The notes: generated from the sequence alone by a model not told the origin. 64,000 bases of DNA from Camelus ferus (GCF_009834535.1 NC_045696.1:100442001-100506000); one strand, 5' to 3'; numbered from the stretch's first letter, positions 26,330-39,681 are shown. Numbers and translations are program-made.

Positions 26330-26676
26330 TTTACTTTTTAAATTTTTTAACATTTTTTATCGATTTATAATCATTTTATAATGTTGTGTCAAATTCCAGT
26401 GTAGAGCACAATTTTTCAGTTATACATGAACATACATATATTCATTGTCACATTTTTTTCTCTGTGAGCTACCATAAGATCTTGTGTATATTTCCCTGTG
26501 CTATATAGTATAATCTTGTTTATCTATTCTACAATTTTGAAATCCCATCTATCCCTTCCCACCCCATCACTTGGCAGCCACAAGTTTGTATTCTATGTCT
26601 ATGAGTCTGTTTCTGTTTTGTATTTATGTTTTTGTTTTTTTTTTAGATTCCACATATGAGCAATCTCATATGGTAT
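26330..26676 (-). mobile_element. Young camelid-type L1 3' end
   Basis: 'acattttttatcgatttataatcattttataatgttgtgtcaaattccagtgtagagcacaatttttcagttatacatgaacatac' resembles the camelid L1 3'UTR; possible TSD aaatataat/aaatacaat. Confidence 0.85.
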
Positions 26677-26684
26677 TAAAATAC

Positions 26685-28600
26685 AATCCAATTGATTTTT
26701 TTTGGATTCATTTCTATGGATTTTATCAAAAATATATATCCATATGACCATCATCACAATCAGGATACAGGACATTCTGTCATCTGCCAGATTTTCCTCA
26801 TGCTATCCCTTTGTATCACATCGTCTCCTCCCCACCAGCTTCTGGCAACCACTGATACCGTTTTTGGTCACTCTAGTTTTGCCCTTTGCAGAATGCTCTA
26901 CAAATGGAATCATATATTATGTGAAGTTTTGAGGTTGGTTTCTTTCAGTCAGAATAATGCCTTTATGATTCATCCTAAGTATCCAACTGTCCAAAGTATG
27001 ACAGTTTGCTTATCCTTTTACTTGGTGAAGGACATGTGGATTGTTGCCAGTACTTAGAAATTATGTATAAATTGTTATGGGAATCCAAGCATAGGTTTTT
27101 GTGTGAACATAAATTATTACTTCTTTAGGAAAAATACCCAGAAGTAGGATTGCTGAGTCATATGGGAACTATATGTTTAACTTTATAAGAGTGTGCTAAA
27201 CTGTTTTCTAGAGTAACTGTATCATTGTGCATTCTCACTGGCAGTATATGAGAATTCCAGTTACTTTGCATCCTTGCCAGCATGAGACATTGTCAATATT
27301 TTTTTCAGCTAATCAAACAGGTATGTAATAGTGTTTTTTAAAATTGTATATATGTTTTAACTTTTTATTTTGGAATAATTGTAGATTCACATTCACTTAT
27401 AAGAAATAACAAAGAGAGATCACATATACCCCTCATCCAGTTTTCATACAGTGGTAACTGTCTTACATAACTATAGAACAATATCACAACCAGAAAATTG
27501 ATATTTATTAATTAAATCAATAATATCAAACACATCAAATAAATAAACTGACTTTATTCAGCTTTCACCAGTTTTACATTACTCAGTTATGTATGACTTC
27601 TGTCAAATAATGATTCAAAAGTATTTTCTATCAGTCTATAGCTTGACTTTTCTTTCTATTAATAGTGAAGTGACTTTTTACTCTGTGTTGTAGAGCAAGA
27701 ATGTTTTCAGTTTTGGTTAAGTTCAACTTATGCTGGTATTTGGACCTTATCTTGAAGATCTTCAGTGAAAAATCTGTAGAGGGAGCTGTCCTTGGTGTGA
27801 CAGAAGGAAGGAATAAATGGCTGTATTGGGAAGAAGGATCAATTTAACTACATAAAGATAAGGAAGGATGCATGAACTTTTTCCATGGATTAAAAGAGAG
27901 TAATAACCTGGAACCACCACTGAGTGGAGTGGATTCTGGAAATCCCGAGGTTGAGGGAAGAAATTATAAGCAGCTAGCAAATGAGGAATGTTACCAACAT
28001 AAATGATTTTTAGTTGAAGTTTCCCAATTATATCTCATATGATCACATATGGATTACGTATTTGTTATGCTTCATGGATCTGTGGATTCGTGTGTTTTAA
28101 ATCAGTTTTGGAAAATTTGTAGCCATCATCTCTTTATAAAATAGTTTCATTTCCAGTATATTCATTTCCACTTTCTGAGATTGTCTTATTCTAAACTTGC
28201 ATATTTTCCATCTATCTTTCTTTGACATGTACTAGACAGATTTTTGATGTATACCTTGCAGTTCATTAACCGTCTTCTCAAATGTACCTAATCTGATGTA
28301 CATTTAACCTATCCCTTGAGATTTTGACTTTCATAATTGTATATGTTTTTATTTCTAGAAGTCCATTGTTTTCAAGTTTGTATTCTTATTTGTGAAAATT
28401 TTCGTGTGTGTGTGTGTTGATCTTTGCAATTTTATCTTTATCTCTTTAAATATTTCATAGGAAGAAAGTCTGAGAGTTTTAATATTCAGTCCCTTGTTTT
28501 CTAAATCTGTTGCTTCATATTTTGATGTTATGTTTTATATTAATCTGTGGGAGTGCTGAGTTCCTAATTAGGGATACTTTCTTTCAAAGGGCATTTGATC
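26685..28600 (-). mobile_element. Old L1M (MC/MD/ME) fragments
   Basis: 'ggcaaccactgat...caaatggaatcata', 'aaatacccagaagtaggattgctgagtcatatgg', and a second 3' end at about 27355-27590. Confidence 0.75.
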
Positions 28601-28737
28601 CTGATTCTGTCATTGTGTGTATTATGGAGTATATTCCTATCTCCTATTTCGCAGGCCTTTTAGAAGGCTTTTGCATCTGATTGGGAGTCTCAGAATCACC
28701 TCCCTCTGTCCATGTGTTGGTTTGGTACTCAGTTTTG

Positions 28738-28836
28738 TATATTTTGTTTTGTTTTTTAATGGAGGTACTGGGGATTGAACATAGGACCTCGTGCATGCTA
28801 AGCATGTGCTCTACCACTGAGCTAACCGCATGACCA
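28738..28836 (-). mobile_element. tRNA-Ala(AGC)-derived SINE (camelid Vic-1 type), short form
   Basis: Minus strand reads TAGCTCAGTGGTAGAGCACATGCTTAGCATGCACGAGGTCCTATGTTCAATCCCCAGTACCTCCA plus an A-rich tail; perfect 13-bp TSD gtactcagttttg (28725-37 / 28837-49). Confidence 0.9.
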
Positions 28837-30064
28837 GTACTCAGTTTTGATGCAAGCTTACTCCTCACTGTTGCCAACAGATCTATCCTAGCTTCTTATC
28901 ACATTGAGTCTTCTTCAGTTGGGCTCCCATGCCAACTTCCCACAAATAAAATCCTGGTTCCCACATCTTGAGGCCGGCTTCTAGAAACCTGGCTATATTC
29001 CTGCATGGCTCAGAGATAAGCTTTGGCCAACAATATCAGGAGCCCAAGTTCCCTGTGCCTCCAGGCTCAGTTCTGGTTAGTTGTTTTGTTTGTTCTCAGT
29101 TGGTAGAGAGATCCCTGGAAATCCCTCAAGATGCCTTTAAAAGTGCATCTTATGATGAAACCAGTTGTACTTGGGAGAGGGATGGTGCAACCTAGCTCCT
29201 AGTTACTCATGATGTTAAATCAGAAATCCAAGTTTTTGGGGGGATTTTGCCTCAAATTCCTTACCAACTCTTGAATTCTTTTCCCTGAAGTACCTACCGA
29301 TCTATTAATTCCACATATGTAACTATTTGTTGAGAAAGTGCTAGTGTTTAAATTGATCAAAAATAGATTGAGAGTAGAAAATTTTAAAGAGAGGGCATTA
29401 GCCAGATAACTTTTGGAAGAATATATATTTTTAAAACCAACTAATGTTTATGAAACTCTAAATAATATACTACAGAATAAGAGATACTAAACTACATTAC
29501 AATACCAATGTCAATCTTTGCAGATTTTTTTGCAGTAATATTTACACATTAAAGAAAACAAGAAAGCTACAGGAGTCTTAGATATTTAATTCCATTTAGC
29601 CCAAGTCTTTCTAGCAAAGAACTTATTTTGTAATTTCTTGCCTATTGTGCTCATGAAGTAAAAGTAGAATGCCAACTCTGCCAACTCAACATTTCATGAG
29701 AAGGAAAAACATAAAAATCATGTCAATAATAAATCATTTTAAATACAGATTTAAAAAAAAGAATATAGAGAGAACAAAAAAAAAAAAAGACTAATGGAGT
29801 GTTAGGGAATAAATGAATTACTCTCAAATATCTTGCTTCATCATTGATTTCATTTGAAAGTGAACATCTATTTTCTGTTGTGAAAGTGCAATGTATTGAC
29901 TGCAGCAGCAACCCAGGAGCTGACAGTGAGGAGGAATTATTGTTCCTGTATTATAAGTGTGAAGCTTTAAAAATTTAACCACTAAAACTTTCGATAAGCC
30001 AGTTGCTATTTTGGTAATGGTTCCAGTTTATTCTTGGTCTCAGCTGGTCATAGGATGTTGATAT

Positions 30065-30556
30065 TGTTACCAAATCCTAACCTGTTTGCTTGCCACATGA
30101 CAGGCCAATAAATCAGAAGACAAGGTGTTGGGGCAAGGAATGAGACTTTATTTGGAAAGCCAGCAGAACAAGAAGACGGCAGACTAATGTCCTGGGGTAC
30201 CACCTTCCCCAAGTCAGAATTCAGGCTCTTTTTGCACTAAAAAGGGGAAGAGGTTTGGTTGGTTGTTGCAGACTTTTTGATTCTTTGTTCTTGAAGCTCT
30301 CCCTACGGAGGTCAGGTCATGGTGTCCCTGTAAACCTCCAATGAGATAAATGTTATTTTCTATTCTGCAACTTTTTATCTTTATATGAATGGAAGATCAG
30401 CCTTGAGAATAGGCTATCCTGTGTATTTCAGGCTATAGGCAACATTATTTTATAAAAGGAGCAGAACCAGCATGACTAAGCACAGCAAACAGAACACAGC
30501 GTTAGAGCGAAAGGAACAGATCTAATATGGAGTCAGATTTGTTCTTCCCTATTACA
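30065..30556 (-). mobile_element. Solo ERV1-type LTR, 492 bp
   Basis: TG...CA termini; perfect TSD ATAT (30061-64 / 30557-60); AATAAA on the minus strand near 30150. Confidence 0.9.
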
Positions 30557-31029
30557 ATATTCCAGGTTAAACAGAACACTATAACCTCTGGCTTTTGGCA
30601 TTTGGGGAAAAAATGTGTCTTCTGAGCATCCCCAAATATACATAGTTACAAGATAATGTGGGGAAATTCAGAAAAGAAATGATATATTAGCTTTATGTTC
30701 TCTGGACCTTGATGTATATTTTAGTTTTTTCTTCTTTAGACTTCATAAGGATATTATTTGAGACATTTGACTGTGTCAAAGAGCCAACATCAATAAAAAT
30801 GATTAGTGTTTTGGAACACAGAGTTATTTCTTTAATAGTAGGATAGAATTCTGTTACTGAATGTGCAGTGAACCAAATCACCAACACCAAACATAATTTT
30901 GTGGAATAAAAATATGATATAACACAAAGAAATTAAAATATGTCCATTAATGTTGATCTCAAGACTACAGTTATAAAAGGATTATTTATGCAACAGTATT
31001 ATGGAAGAAGAAGTAAATAATATTAGTAA

Positions 31030-31260
31030 TAACCATAGCCAACTGTCATTTGTTGAAAGCTCATTATATGTAAGCCCTATCCAAATGCATTACATACTTT
31101 TAAATACTCTAAATAACAATTTGACATTTTAAAGATTAGAAAAATAAGACTAGTTGGATAACTTGCTTAAAGTCATAAAATAACAAGTATAAGCACCAGT
31201 TCTGAATAGTGTCTGTGTATGTCCAGCACCAGAGTGCTCCAACCAGTGCATAGTACCAAC
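31030..31260 (-). mobile_element. MIR fragment
   Basis: 'catttgttgaaagctcattatatgtaagccct...ataacttgcttaaagtcata'. Confidence 0.5.
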
Positions 31261-31646
31261 CATCACTCCTCAGCACACACAGAAGGGGGAGCCACGTCTA
31301 ACATACAGCAAAGCATTTGTGAGCAAGAAAAGAGGTTTAAATGGTCTGATAAAAGCAGTGTATGTGGTTAAAATCGAAAAAGACAGGACTGAGGGCTGGG
31401 GCTTTAAGAATGAGCAGAGGTTTATTTGGAGGAAGAAAAGAAGGAGAACATTCTAGGTAAATGATCAATAATGTGAACAAAGATACCTGAAAAGACTGAT
31501 TTCTCTAGGGAAGTAGGGACATATTTTTTGGTAGAAGGAGTAGTGAGGCCACCACGTATATTATTCTCCTAAGAATATTTTTAAAATTTCAGTCTTTATA
31601 GCTCAGATGTCATATTATTCAGTGACATATTAAAGATACAAATTCT

Positions 31647-31843
31647 TTATTTTAGAATCATTTTTTTTTCTCTTCCAGTTTTTATTGAGAAACAGCTGAC
31701 ATACAGCACTGTATACTTTTAGTTTTGGGGAGTATGGAAGGTAATTAGGTTTTATTTATTTTGTTAATGGTGGTACTGCAGATTGAACCCAAGATGTTGT
31801 CCTTACCTAGGCACACACTCTACCACTGAGCTATACCCTTCTC
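31647..31843 (-). mobile_element. Vic-1-type SINE with an L1 3'-end extension inside a single TSD
   Basis: Minus strand reads AGGGTATAGCTCAGTGGTAGAG...GGGTTCAATCTGCAGTACCACCATTAA..AAACCTAATTACC, then the L1-like tip CAGTGCTGTATGTCAGCTGTTTCTCAATAAAAACTGG; TSD aaagata(c/t)aaattct at 31632-46 / 31844-58. Confidence 0.85.
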
Positions 31844-32802
31844 AAAGATATAAATTCTGATATGGATTATTTAAGTTATTTCATAATAAATAAAGCACCA
31901 TGTTAAAATTGATGATTAGTTGACAATTTTAAAGTTAATAAAACGGGAAATGGAATGAGAATAATAGCATCTAAACATTCTGGCATAAACATGTCCTTTT
32001 GTTTTTCTATCATTTCAGTGTGCTAGGTCATTGAGGAGGTATTTCTCATTTACAGATAAGGAAACCATAACAGAGAGAGTAATTTGCCTTGAGCCACACA
32101 ACAATTTATCAGAAGAGAAGGGATTGTAAACCTGTGATTTTTGGGAGCCAGCACAAGTCAAAGTTTTATAGAGATTTATAGCTGTTTCTCATATATTTTT
32201 CAGCCTTCAGACAATCCTACCTTCCAAAAAAAAAAAAAAAAACTTACTACATTCAGCAGCTATAATCTTTACACTTAAAACAATTGTCTACCACTTTGGC
32301 ATTGTCTCAAAGCTTGATTTTTGAGGCTAAAATCCAAACCTTATGTAAGCATATAACTTGTGATTGAGTCAGTTATTACATGAAGAATAGTTATCATTGT
32401 ATGTCTGGCACCAAAATATATTCATTAGACTGAAAATATTTCATAGGAAGTCACTGATGGGCTATGTTATTATATCACTCTATACTTCAATTTTTATTCC
32501 ATGCTCTATTTTAATCAAGAAAAGTGTAAAATCTCTCACAGTCAGACAGTTCAGTATTGGATTTGGACTGTACATTTGATGGAATTCACTTTTTTTCCCA
32601 GTGAACTTGGGATATTACACATATTGCTTTTTTAAAATGCACTTTTTAGATGCCAGTTTTTTGGAGAAAAGATTATAAGGAAACAGATTTAAAGGTAACT
32701 GTTAGAAGCCACAGATATATATCAGAGACTCCAGGACTCTCTTTCCAAGTCAGGTATTAGAGATTGAAACAAATATCCATAGTACTTAAGTACACAAGAA
32801 GA

Positions 32803-32834
32803 TGTGTGTGTGGTGTGTGTGGGGTGTGTGTGTG

Positions 32835-32866
<32 letters not shown>
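32803..32866 (+). repeat. Compound (GT)n microsatellite
   Basis: GT runs interrupted by GG and GGGG. Confidence 0.95.
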
Positions 32867-32868
<2 letters not shown>

Positions 32869-35800
32869 GGGGGAAAGGGAGCAGAAAAATAATAGAATTA
32901 AATTATTTAATTCCAAATTCTTACTCTTTCTTCATGGGTGAGAAACATATGGGTAGATAAGAATATCTGTTGTTTACAGTGTGGACTTCTGGGGAACAGT
33001 ATTGTGGAAGAAGCAAGAAAAGACACCACTCCCAGCTGGGTGTGCTAATTCTCCCCTCTATTCTTAGGGGTAAATAATTTGAAGACAAGTGACTGGGTTT
33101 CCCATCTGCAGAGTAGATCAATGACATTGGTACATTATTAGAATTTTGTATTAATCAACTGCAGACGTGTCTACAGGACCACTTAAGTTCTAGAGTGCTG
33201 TGTAAATGTTTTGTTCTCATTAAAGCCAACACCTATAGTTCATGGAATTCACTCACATATGAATTTTGGGATCTCTTGCTATAAAGATTTCCTTTATTGT
33301 TGACCTTTCCACAACATCAGAGAATCTATATTCACCTCTAGAATGCCTTTTGAAAACCACAGGAAATATTTCTCAGTCATTCTCTTTAGCTTGGGGTTTC
33401 CTACCAGGAGGCTGACTATGGAATGGCATTGACACTGTATGAGACCTTTACACACATAAAAATGTTGTGCAGATTTGAGACATGCATGGGAAGGGAATAT
33501 ACTAAAATGGAAACAGATGTCATATTAAGGTGATGAGAACCTTTTCTTTTTTCATTAAATAGCATTCATATAACTTGCTTAATAAAATTTCCAGAAGAAC
33601 AAAAATTACAAGAAATACTTAGGTCTTTAAAAAGTGTCAGTGTTGCTTCTTGACAAAGTTTTGGAGTAGAAACTGTATCATAGATATACAATTATGGTAA
33701 TTACATGGTTTTTCCTGTTTTATATTTTAAAACCACAGCAACACTGCAACATTTGGAATAGTAAACAAGCCTGAGTAGCTTTGGAGAAAGGTTTGTGTCA
33801 ATAGGTGGCTCCATTAGCATTCTTGTGGACAGGGTTAGCGCATTGCAGTAGGAAATAATATTGCTGCAAATTAGATACTGTAATTAGGCATTTTTTCCAG
33901 ATTTAACTTTCGTTATGAAAATATGGTTAACTCCACATCTAAGTTTGCTTTCATTCCTTTGATTTAAGAGCAGGCTGTAAGACAGGTCAGTTGTACTCAT
34001 TGAAAATATCTATAACTTCATGGAAGAACGGCCCATATTTACAGTCTGCAAAGCAACTGAACTAGAAAATCTAATGTTATGTTTCTGCTGATTTACTGTC
34101 AATTTAATGCTATGTTATCACAATCTTCTTATACTTTTATAGTCTAGGGTAGTTTTAGGTTAATGCACATTTAATGAAAAGTGAAGCAAATGGTACTGGG
34201 CACATGCAAATATAACTTCTATCACCTGAGTGAATTGCCTCTTAATATTACTTACAGAGATTTCTAAAGTACAATCCTGTACTGTTATAATTGAGAAAGC
34301 AGGATTTTAAATTCATAATAGAGTTTGAGATGATCCAGATAGAGAACAAGTTTGATATTCCATGTCTTGTTTAATGACGTCTTTGCCCTTGTTCAGGGGT
34401 AAGCAGGGCTGAGGATACAAGGTTGGACAGATATTCTTTCCTCTTCTGAAGCAAAAACATTTTCCTCTTCTTTCGGGGAAGAGGAGAGAACTTCACGGAG
34501 GAAGAGACAGATGAACATTACAATGTCGAACGATAATGTTTAACTAGACAAAGAGGAGTGAGGGTGCATTTTTAAAGAAACTATCCAGTATTAACAGTCC
34601 CTTCTCAAAATTTCTCCTTTTTCTTTTATTGTTTAAATTTGTCTAACCGTATGTTTGAAGGGGGAAGTCACTGGATATACACTTACTTTATAAGATGTCA
34701 CCCGTATAAAAGAAAATATAAGAAATAGAGCATCTTAACTGCCTTGGTAGGTAGGGGAATGGTTGGGAATCCTGGTCTTTGTGACCTAGGTTCCAAACCA
34801 GACTCCACCACTTCTCCTTAGAGGAGGCCTTATTTGCCTCGTTATTTGCACAACATAGGGTCGTCTGAGATTGTTTCAAAGGTCACTGGAAGTCTTTCAT
34901 TCTATTATTAAGAGTAAAGTCTTGAGTTCAAAGATAACCGTACAGATTCCTATATCTACAGCATTGATATTATTTTACTTAACCAACTCCATCTTCTCTG
35001 ATGAAAGGTTTTTAATTTTTTTCAATTTTTTGAAATATCCTACCATCCTTTAATGCTAGTTGAAGCTTTTAAAAACCAGATGTGTGAAGAGAGCAGGTTG
35101 AATAAATGCTTTTAATTTATAAGAATAGAAAGAGTCATTTTAGCTCAAAAATATATCAACAAAACAATCAAATAAGCAAATAAAGTCAGGAAGATACTAT
35201 GATTACATCTTTCCTCACCTGCGAATAATCAGACTAATGTAGAAATCTTATTTGCAAATTATGCCTAATCCACAGAGAAGACATGGCCAAGCAGATAATC
35301 TGGCAGGGGAAGAAATGCTAGTTGGGGCAATATCTTGGGAAAAAAATTCAGGTTTTAATTTCCTTCCTTGCATCATAATTCCATTATGCTATAGGAAAGC
35401 CTTAATAACATCTATTGAAGCCTTAGCTTCGTGTTAGGCGTGTGCTGAGAATGAAAGGGAAGGGGGTCATTTAGCAGTCTGGGGCAGAGTGAACTGGGCA
35501 GAAGGGCAGCACATGAAATGGTATGTGAAGGGCAGAGGTGATATACAGAGAAGGGTGGAGTGAGTTGGTCAATATTGATAATATTAACATTTGTCAAGCA
35601 TTAGTAGTTGCCATGCATTTTCCTAGTTTCCACTGGGACTCCTGAGGGGCCTGCAGCAACATCTGGGGAAGGGCCAAGACTTCCTGTAGAAACACAGTGT
35701 GTGGCTTGGCATACTACTAATGCCCTATAAAGGCAAGGTGAGACAAAAGCCTGGAGACCCCAGGGAGGGTCAGGATGGCTGCTCTTGCCCGTTTACATCA

Positions 35801-35929
35801 AGGGAGAGTGCTCACATACACACTCCTTGCTCCTTTATTTCCAGAATAGGACATCAGGCAGTGGGGAAATAGTCAACGACATGGAAGACAATCCTATTAC
35901 CTGTTGAAAGAGCTAACACTACCTGGTCA

Positions 35930-36090
35930 CAAAACCCAGAATCTAAAGATCGTGATTCCAGGCCAACTCTGTAACACTAGCTGTGAGTTCTAGGGCAAAT
36001 CTCATGACTTGCCTGAGTTCCATTTTTCATATGAGGTTTGCCAAGGGTAAGGAGTGAGATTGTATGTAGAGATGTTAAATGCAAAGCCCC
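35930..36090 (+). mobile_element. MIR fragment
   Basis: 'actagctgtgagttctagggcaaatctcatgacttgcctgagttccattt'. Confidence 0.55.
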
Positions 36091-38170
36091 CCCAAAATGT
36101 TAGCCATTTTCATATTCTTACTTCTTTTTATCTCCTTTTCTAGTTTTACCTTGAAAGATTAGTGGAATGACAAGTTTGGGGAATGAAATGAGTAAGGAAT
36201 GAAATTAGCAAAAATTAAAAACAATCCTTATCCATAATATTAGCTAAAGTAAGAAGAGTCCTTCTGCATAATATTCGAAGGGTTCCCCCGAAATTCTTCA
36301 AGCACCAGGACAAAATATTTGGGAAATCTTAGAAACCCACTTACCTTAGTTTCTTCTTTGAAAATACAAGTCTGTATTTTCCAATTTTTAATATTACAAA
36401 GTTGTAAAATTCAAAAGAATATTTAACTCCAATTGATCATTGAAAATCTAGTTAATAAGAGGTGCTGGTTAATAAAGAAAAAAATCAAAAAGCAAAACCT
36501 GAGACCATTCTTCAATGGTATATTATATGTACATATGTGTGTGTATATATATAAAACTCATTAATTTCCTAAGAAGGACTATTACAGAGTAGAATATAAA
36601 ACAGTAATAATGAAGATTAGAATGAGAACTAGGAGTGAAAATATTTAAAGGACACCTTTTTCCCTGTTGGCCATGAGAAGCCTATAATGTCTCCAGTATA
36701 CTGTACCAGAGGCATATTAAAAGATTATGGGTGCCTGGGTTAGTGACTTAACAGAACAAAATAAACATTTGAAATTCTTCTTAAATTGTTTTTAAAGAGT
36801 GAGATTCTTGGCTCCAAATCCCAGAAAAAAACTCAAATTAGACTTTTTTCTTGCCTGAATCTAAATTAATTAATTAGTCATTTAAGATTTAGAACTCTTA
36901 GAACCAGATTTAAGTCCAAAGAATTTTTTCAACAGTTCTTCTATTTTCAGATAAAATATAGATGCTTATTTTCAGATCGATTTTTAAATAAAAATTACGA
37001 GAGCCAAATATGTTAGTGGCATACCCAAGGTCACTGAAGTAGAGTAAAAATATAAGGACTATAAGACACATCTCCAGACCTGTCCTCCAATGCTTTTCCT
37101 GTTATATTTCATAACCTCTTAGATATTCACACATTTCATATAGGTCTTAATATAGTAGAATCTACCTCACCAGCTTTCTCTATTTATTTTTATTATTTAG
37201 GGAATGTACTCCTCTTTTGTATTAATGTTCTGTAGAGGAAAATAGTGAATTTCTTCGGCATTTGTGAGGAAAGGATTAATTTATTGAAGACAATACCTCC
37301 ATAGGTTGATGCTCCAGAAAAGAAGTTGGCCTCCTACAAAGATCCATGGGAACTAGCTACAGCCAAGTACATGGAACAGTCAGATCGACCAGAAGGCTTG
37401 GAAACTGTCCTGGATCCCAGTGGTACCCACCTGAGCATAAATGCTAAGCTGGCAAGGGAGGGATGGAGCCATGTTATTGTGCTGTTGTATTACAGCCTCT
37501 GACCACATGGTGGGATTGCTGAAACTTTCCTAATCATAGAGTTCAGAAACCCAACAGCCCAGGATCAGAGTCCCTTTTCCAGAGTCTGTCATTCAGTGTT
37601 GTTACATTGCTGTGAGCTGCCCCATTGTGTGCCAGACAATGGGGATTGGAGGGGGGGGGGGGCATGTACCTACCTCTGACCCTGTTGCTGCAGCGTTTAC
37701 TCCAAAGGATCTCCTCTAGGAGGCCTGGCAAGTGTGCTGCTCAGCATTTGCCTTTGTAAAGGTCTGGTCTTCAAGAATTCTAGCTATATACGTGGTCATG
37801 AAAATCAAGCCAACAGATAATTGCTTCTTATCTCAATAAGCATTCCTTGTGATGGTTTTATAAATGTTATGTACACATATATAATTATAGTAGGTTGAAC
37901 TATATCAAATTCTAATATTAAACCATTTTTTACTTACAAAATAAAAGTAATTTTGTATTACCATCATTAGAAATTTTTTCATACAGGACAATGTAAACTT
38001 CATTTACTCACAGACTCTCCTTTTTTTTGTTTTTAGTTAAACATTTCAACATGTACCATTAAATCTAAGAAAAATAAACACATATGCACAAATCATATTA
38101 ACAAATGTTAGCATTTTGCTATATATATTTTTATTTCCTTTAGGGAAAAAATAATCAGGCACAACAGAAG

Positions 38171-38751
38171 TGTTACTGAACCAAACAGGTACACTTGCTC
38201 ATGCGAGGTAAAGCCAATCTACTGACACTGGGTTGTGGTGAAGGAAAGTGCAGTGTTTATTCTAAGGTCCCAGACAAGGAGTCTGAACTCCCCTTTGAGT
38301 TTCATAGGCAAAATTTGTGGGATGGGCTGCAGGATATGTAACCCCCCTCTGACTGTTTGGTGGTAAGTTAACAGGGCGGTGTTCCAGGAATCTCAGTTGT
38401 CAGCCTTCTGGTTCCAACCAGTCTAGGGTCCATGTGCTTGAGCTCAGCCTGAAGGTACCATCCTCCACCTGGATGGGGGCCTTACTTCCTGTAGAACTCA
38501 GAGATATATATCATAATTATATATCCCTTTAGGAGGAACCAGACCAGGCCCCATCACTGTCCTATTGTCTTTTGACTGTTTTCCCTTTGTCTCTTCATTC
38601 CCTTACTCCCTTAATTAGTAACTGTTTGAAATTGCCCTTTGGAACTCTGGGAAGGTCATGGAGGGTGAAACCTTTGTCCTGTAAACAAGAAATGGGGGGA
38701 CAAAGAAAGACCTTTGTACTTGGGAGGATCCTAGGGTCCTGCCCAGTTTCA
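38171..38751 (-). mobile_element. Solo ERV1-type LTR, 581 bp
   Basis: TG...CA termini; perfect TSD GAAG (38167-70 / 38752-55); AATAAA on the minus strand near 38257. Confidence 0.9.
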
Positions 38752-38924
38752 GAAGATCCCTTTATGTCCCTTCTTCACTCTCTTTTCCTCTCTTGCTGTC
38801 AACCTAGAGAGAGAAACTCTGAGGCAGTTTCTGAGATAACAATATTATCTTGTTTTGTTATCATATTTTTGTGGACAATATGTAGCTTTATTTTATACGT
38901 TTTAATAATTCTTACATTCTTGAG

Positions 38925-39170
38925 TATGATAGTGATATTGTGGTTATCCACAATAATGTCCTTGTTACTTGGATATATGTTATATTTAGATACAAAATGT
39001 CATGAGGTTTGCAAATTATTTTTCAACTTGTTCAGGAAGATGTGTGTGCACGTGTGTAGAAAAATAGCAAATATGACAAAATGTTAACAATAGGTTATTT
39101 TAGGTGAAGAGTTTATGAGTGTTTGTGTTACAATTTTCTCAAATTTTTTCTGTAGATTTAAAATGAACAG
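38925..39170 (+). mobile_element. Old L1 (L1MC/ME-like) 3' fragment
   Basis: 'gcaaatatgacaaaatgttaacaatagg...taggtgaagag.ttatgagtgtt'. Confidence 0.55.
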
Positions 39171-39681
39171 TAAAAGCTTAAGAATTTTAAAGCCCTGTGT
39201 AATTAGAATCACTCAATATGAAACACATTTGAGATAGTTTAAAGTTTAACTTTCCCTTTCAGCAAACAATAACTTTTCAAGAAATGCTAATCTTATCAAT
39301 GTAAAATGGTGCATCCACTTCAGAAAACAACTTTGGCAGTTCCTCAGAATGTCAAGCCTGTATTTAACATATGACCCAGCAGTTGTTTACATATCCAAGA
39401 CAAATAAAATCGTATCTTCATAGCAGCATTATTTCCAATATCCCAAAAATGCCCATCAATTAATGAATGAATTAAAAAAATGTGTGGTCATATATCCATG
39501 CAGTGAAATATTCATTAACAAAAAGGAATGATGTACAGATACATGTGACACCATGGATGAACCTTGAGAATATTATTCTAAGTAATAGAAACCAGTCATC
39601 CATGCGTTGTGTAATTCCATTTATTTAAACACTCCAGAACAGATAAATCTATAGAGATAGAAAGTACGTTAGTGGTTGCTG

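Noticed and set aside
28760..28830. Functional tRNA-Ala gene
   Set aside because: It has an A-rich tail and a TSD, and the acceptor and T stems are disrupted, so it is a retroposed SINE.
38572..39087. 171-aa ORF with a hydrophobic stretch
   Set aside because: It runs across an LTR end and old L1 fragments; the hydrophobicity reflects T-rich DNA.
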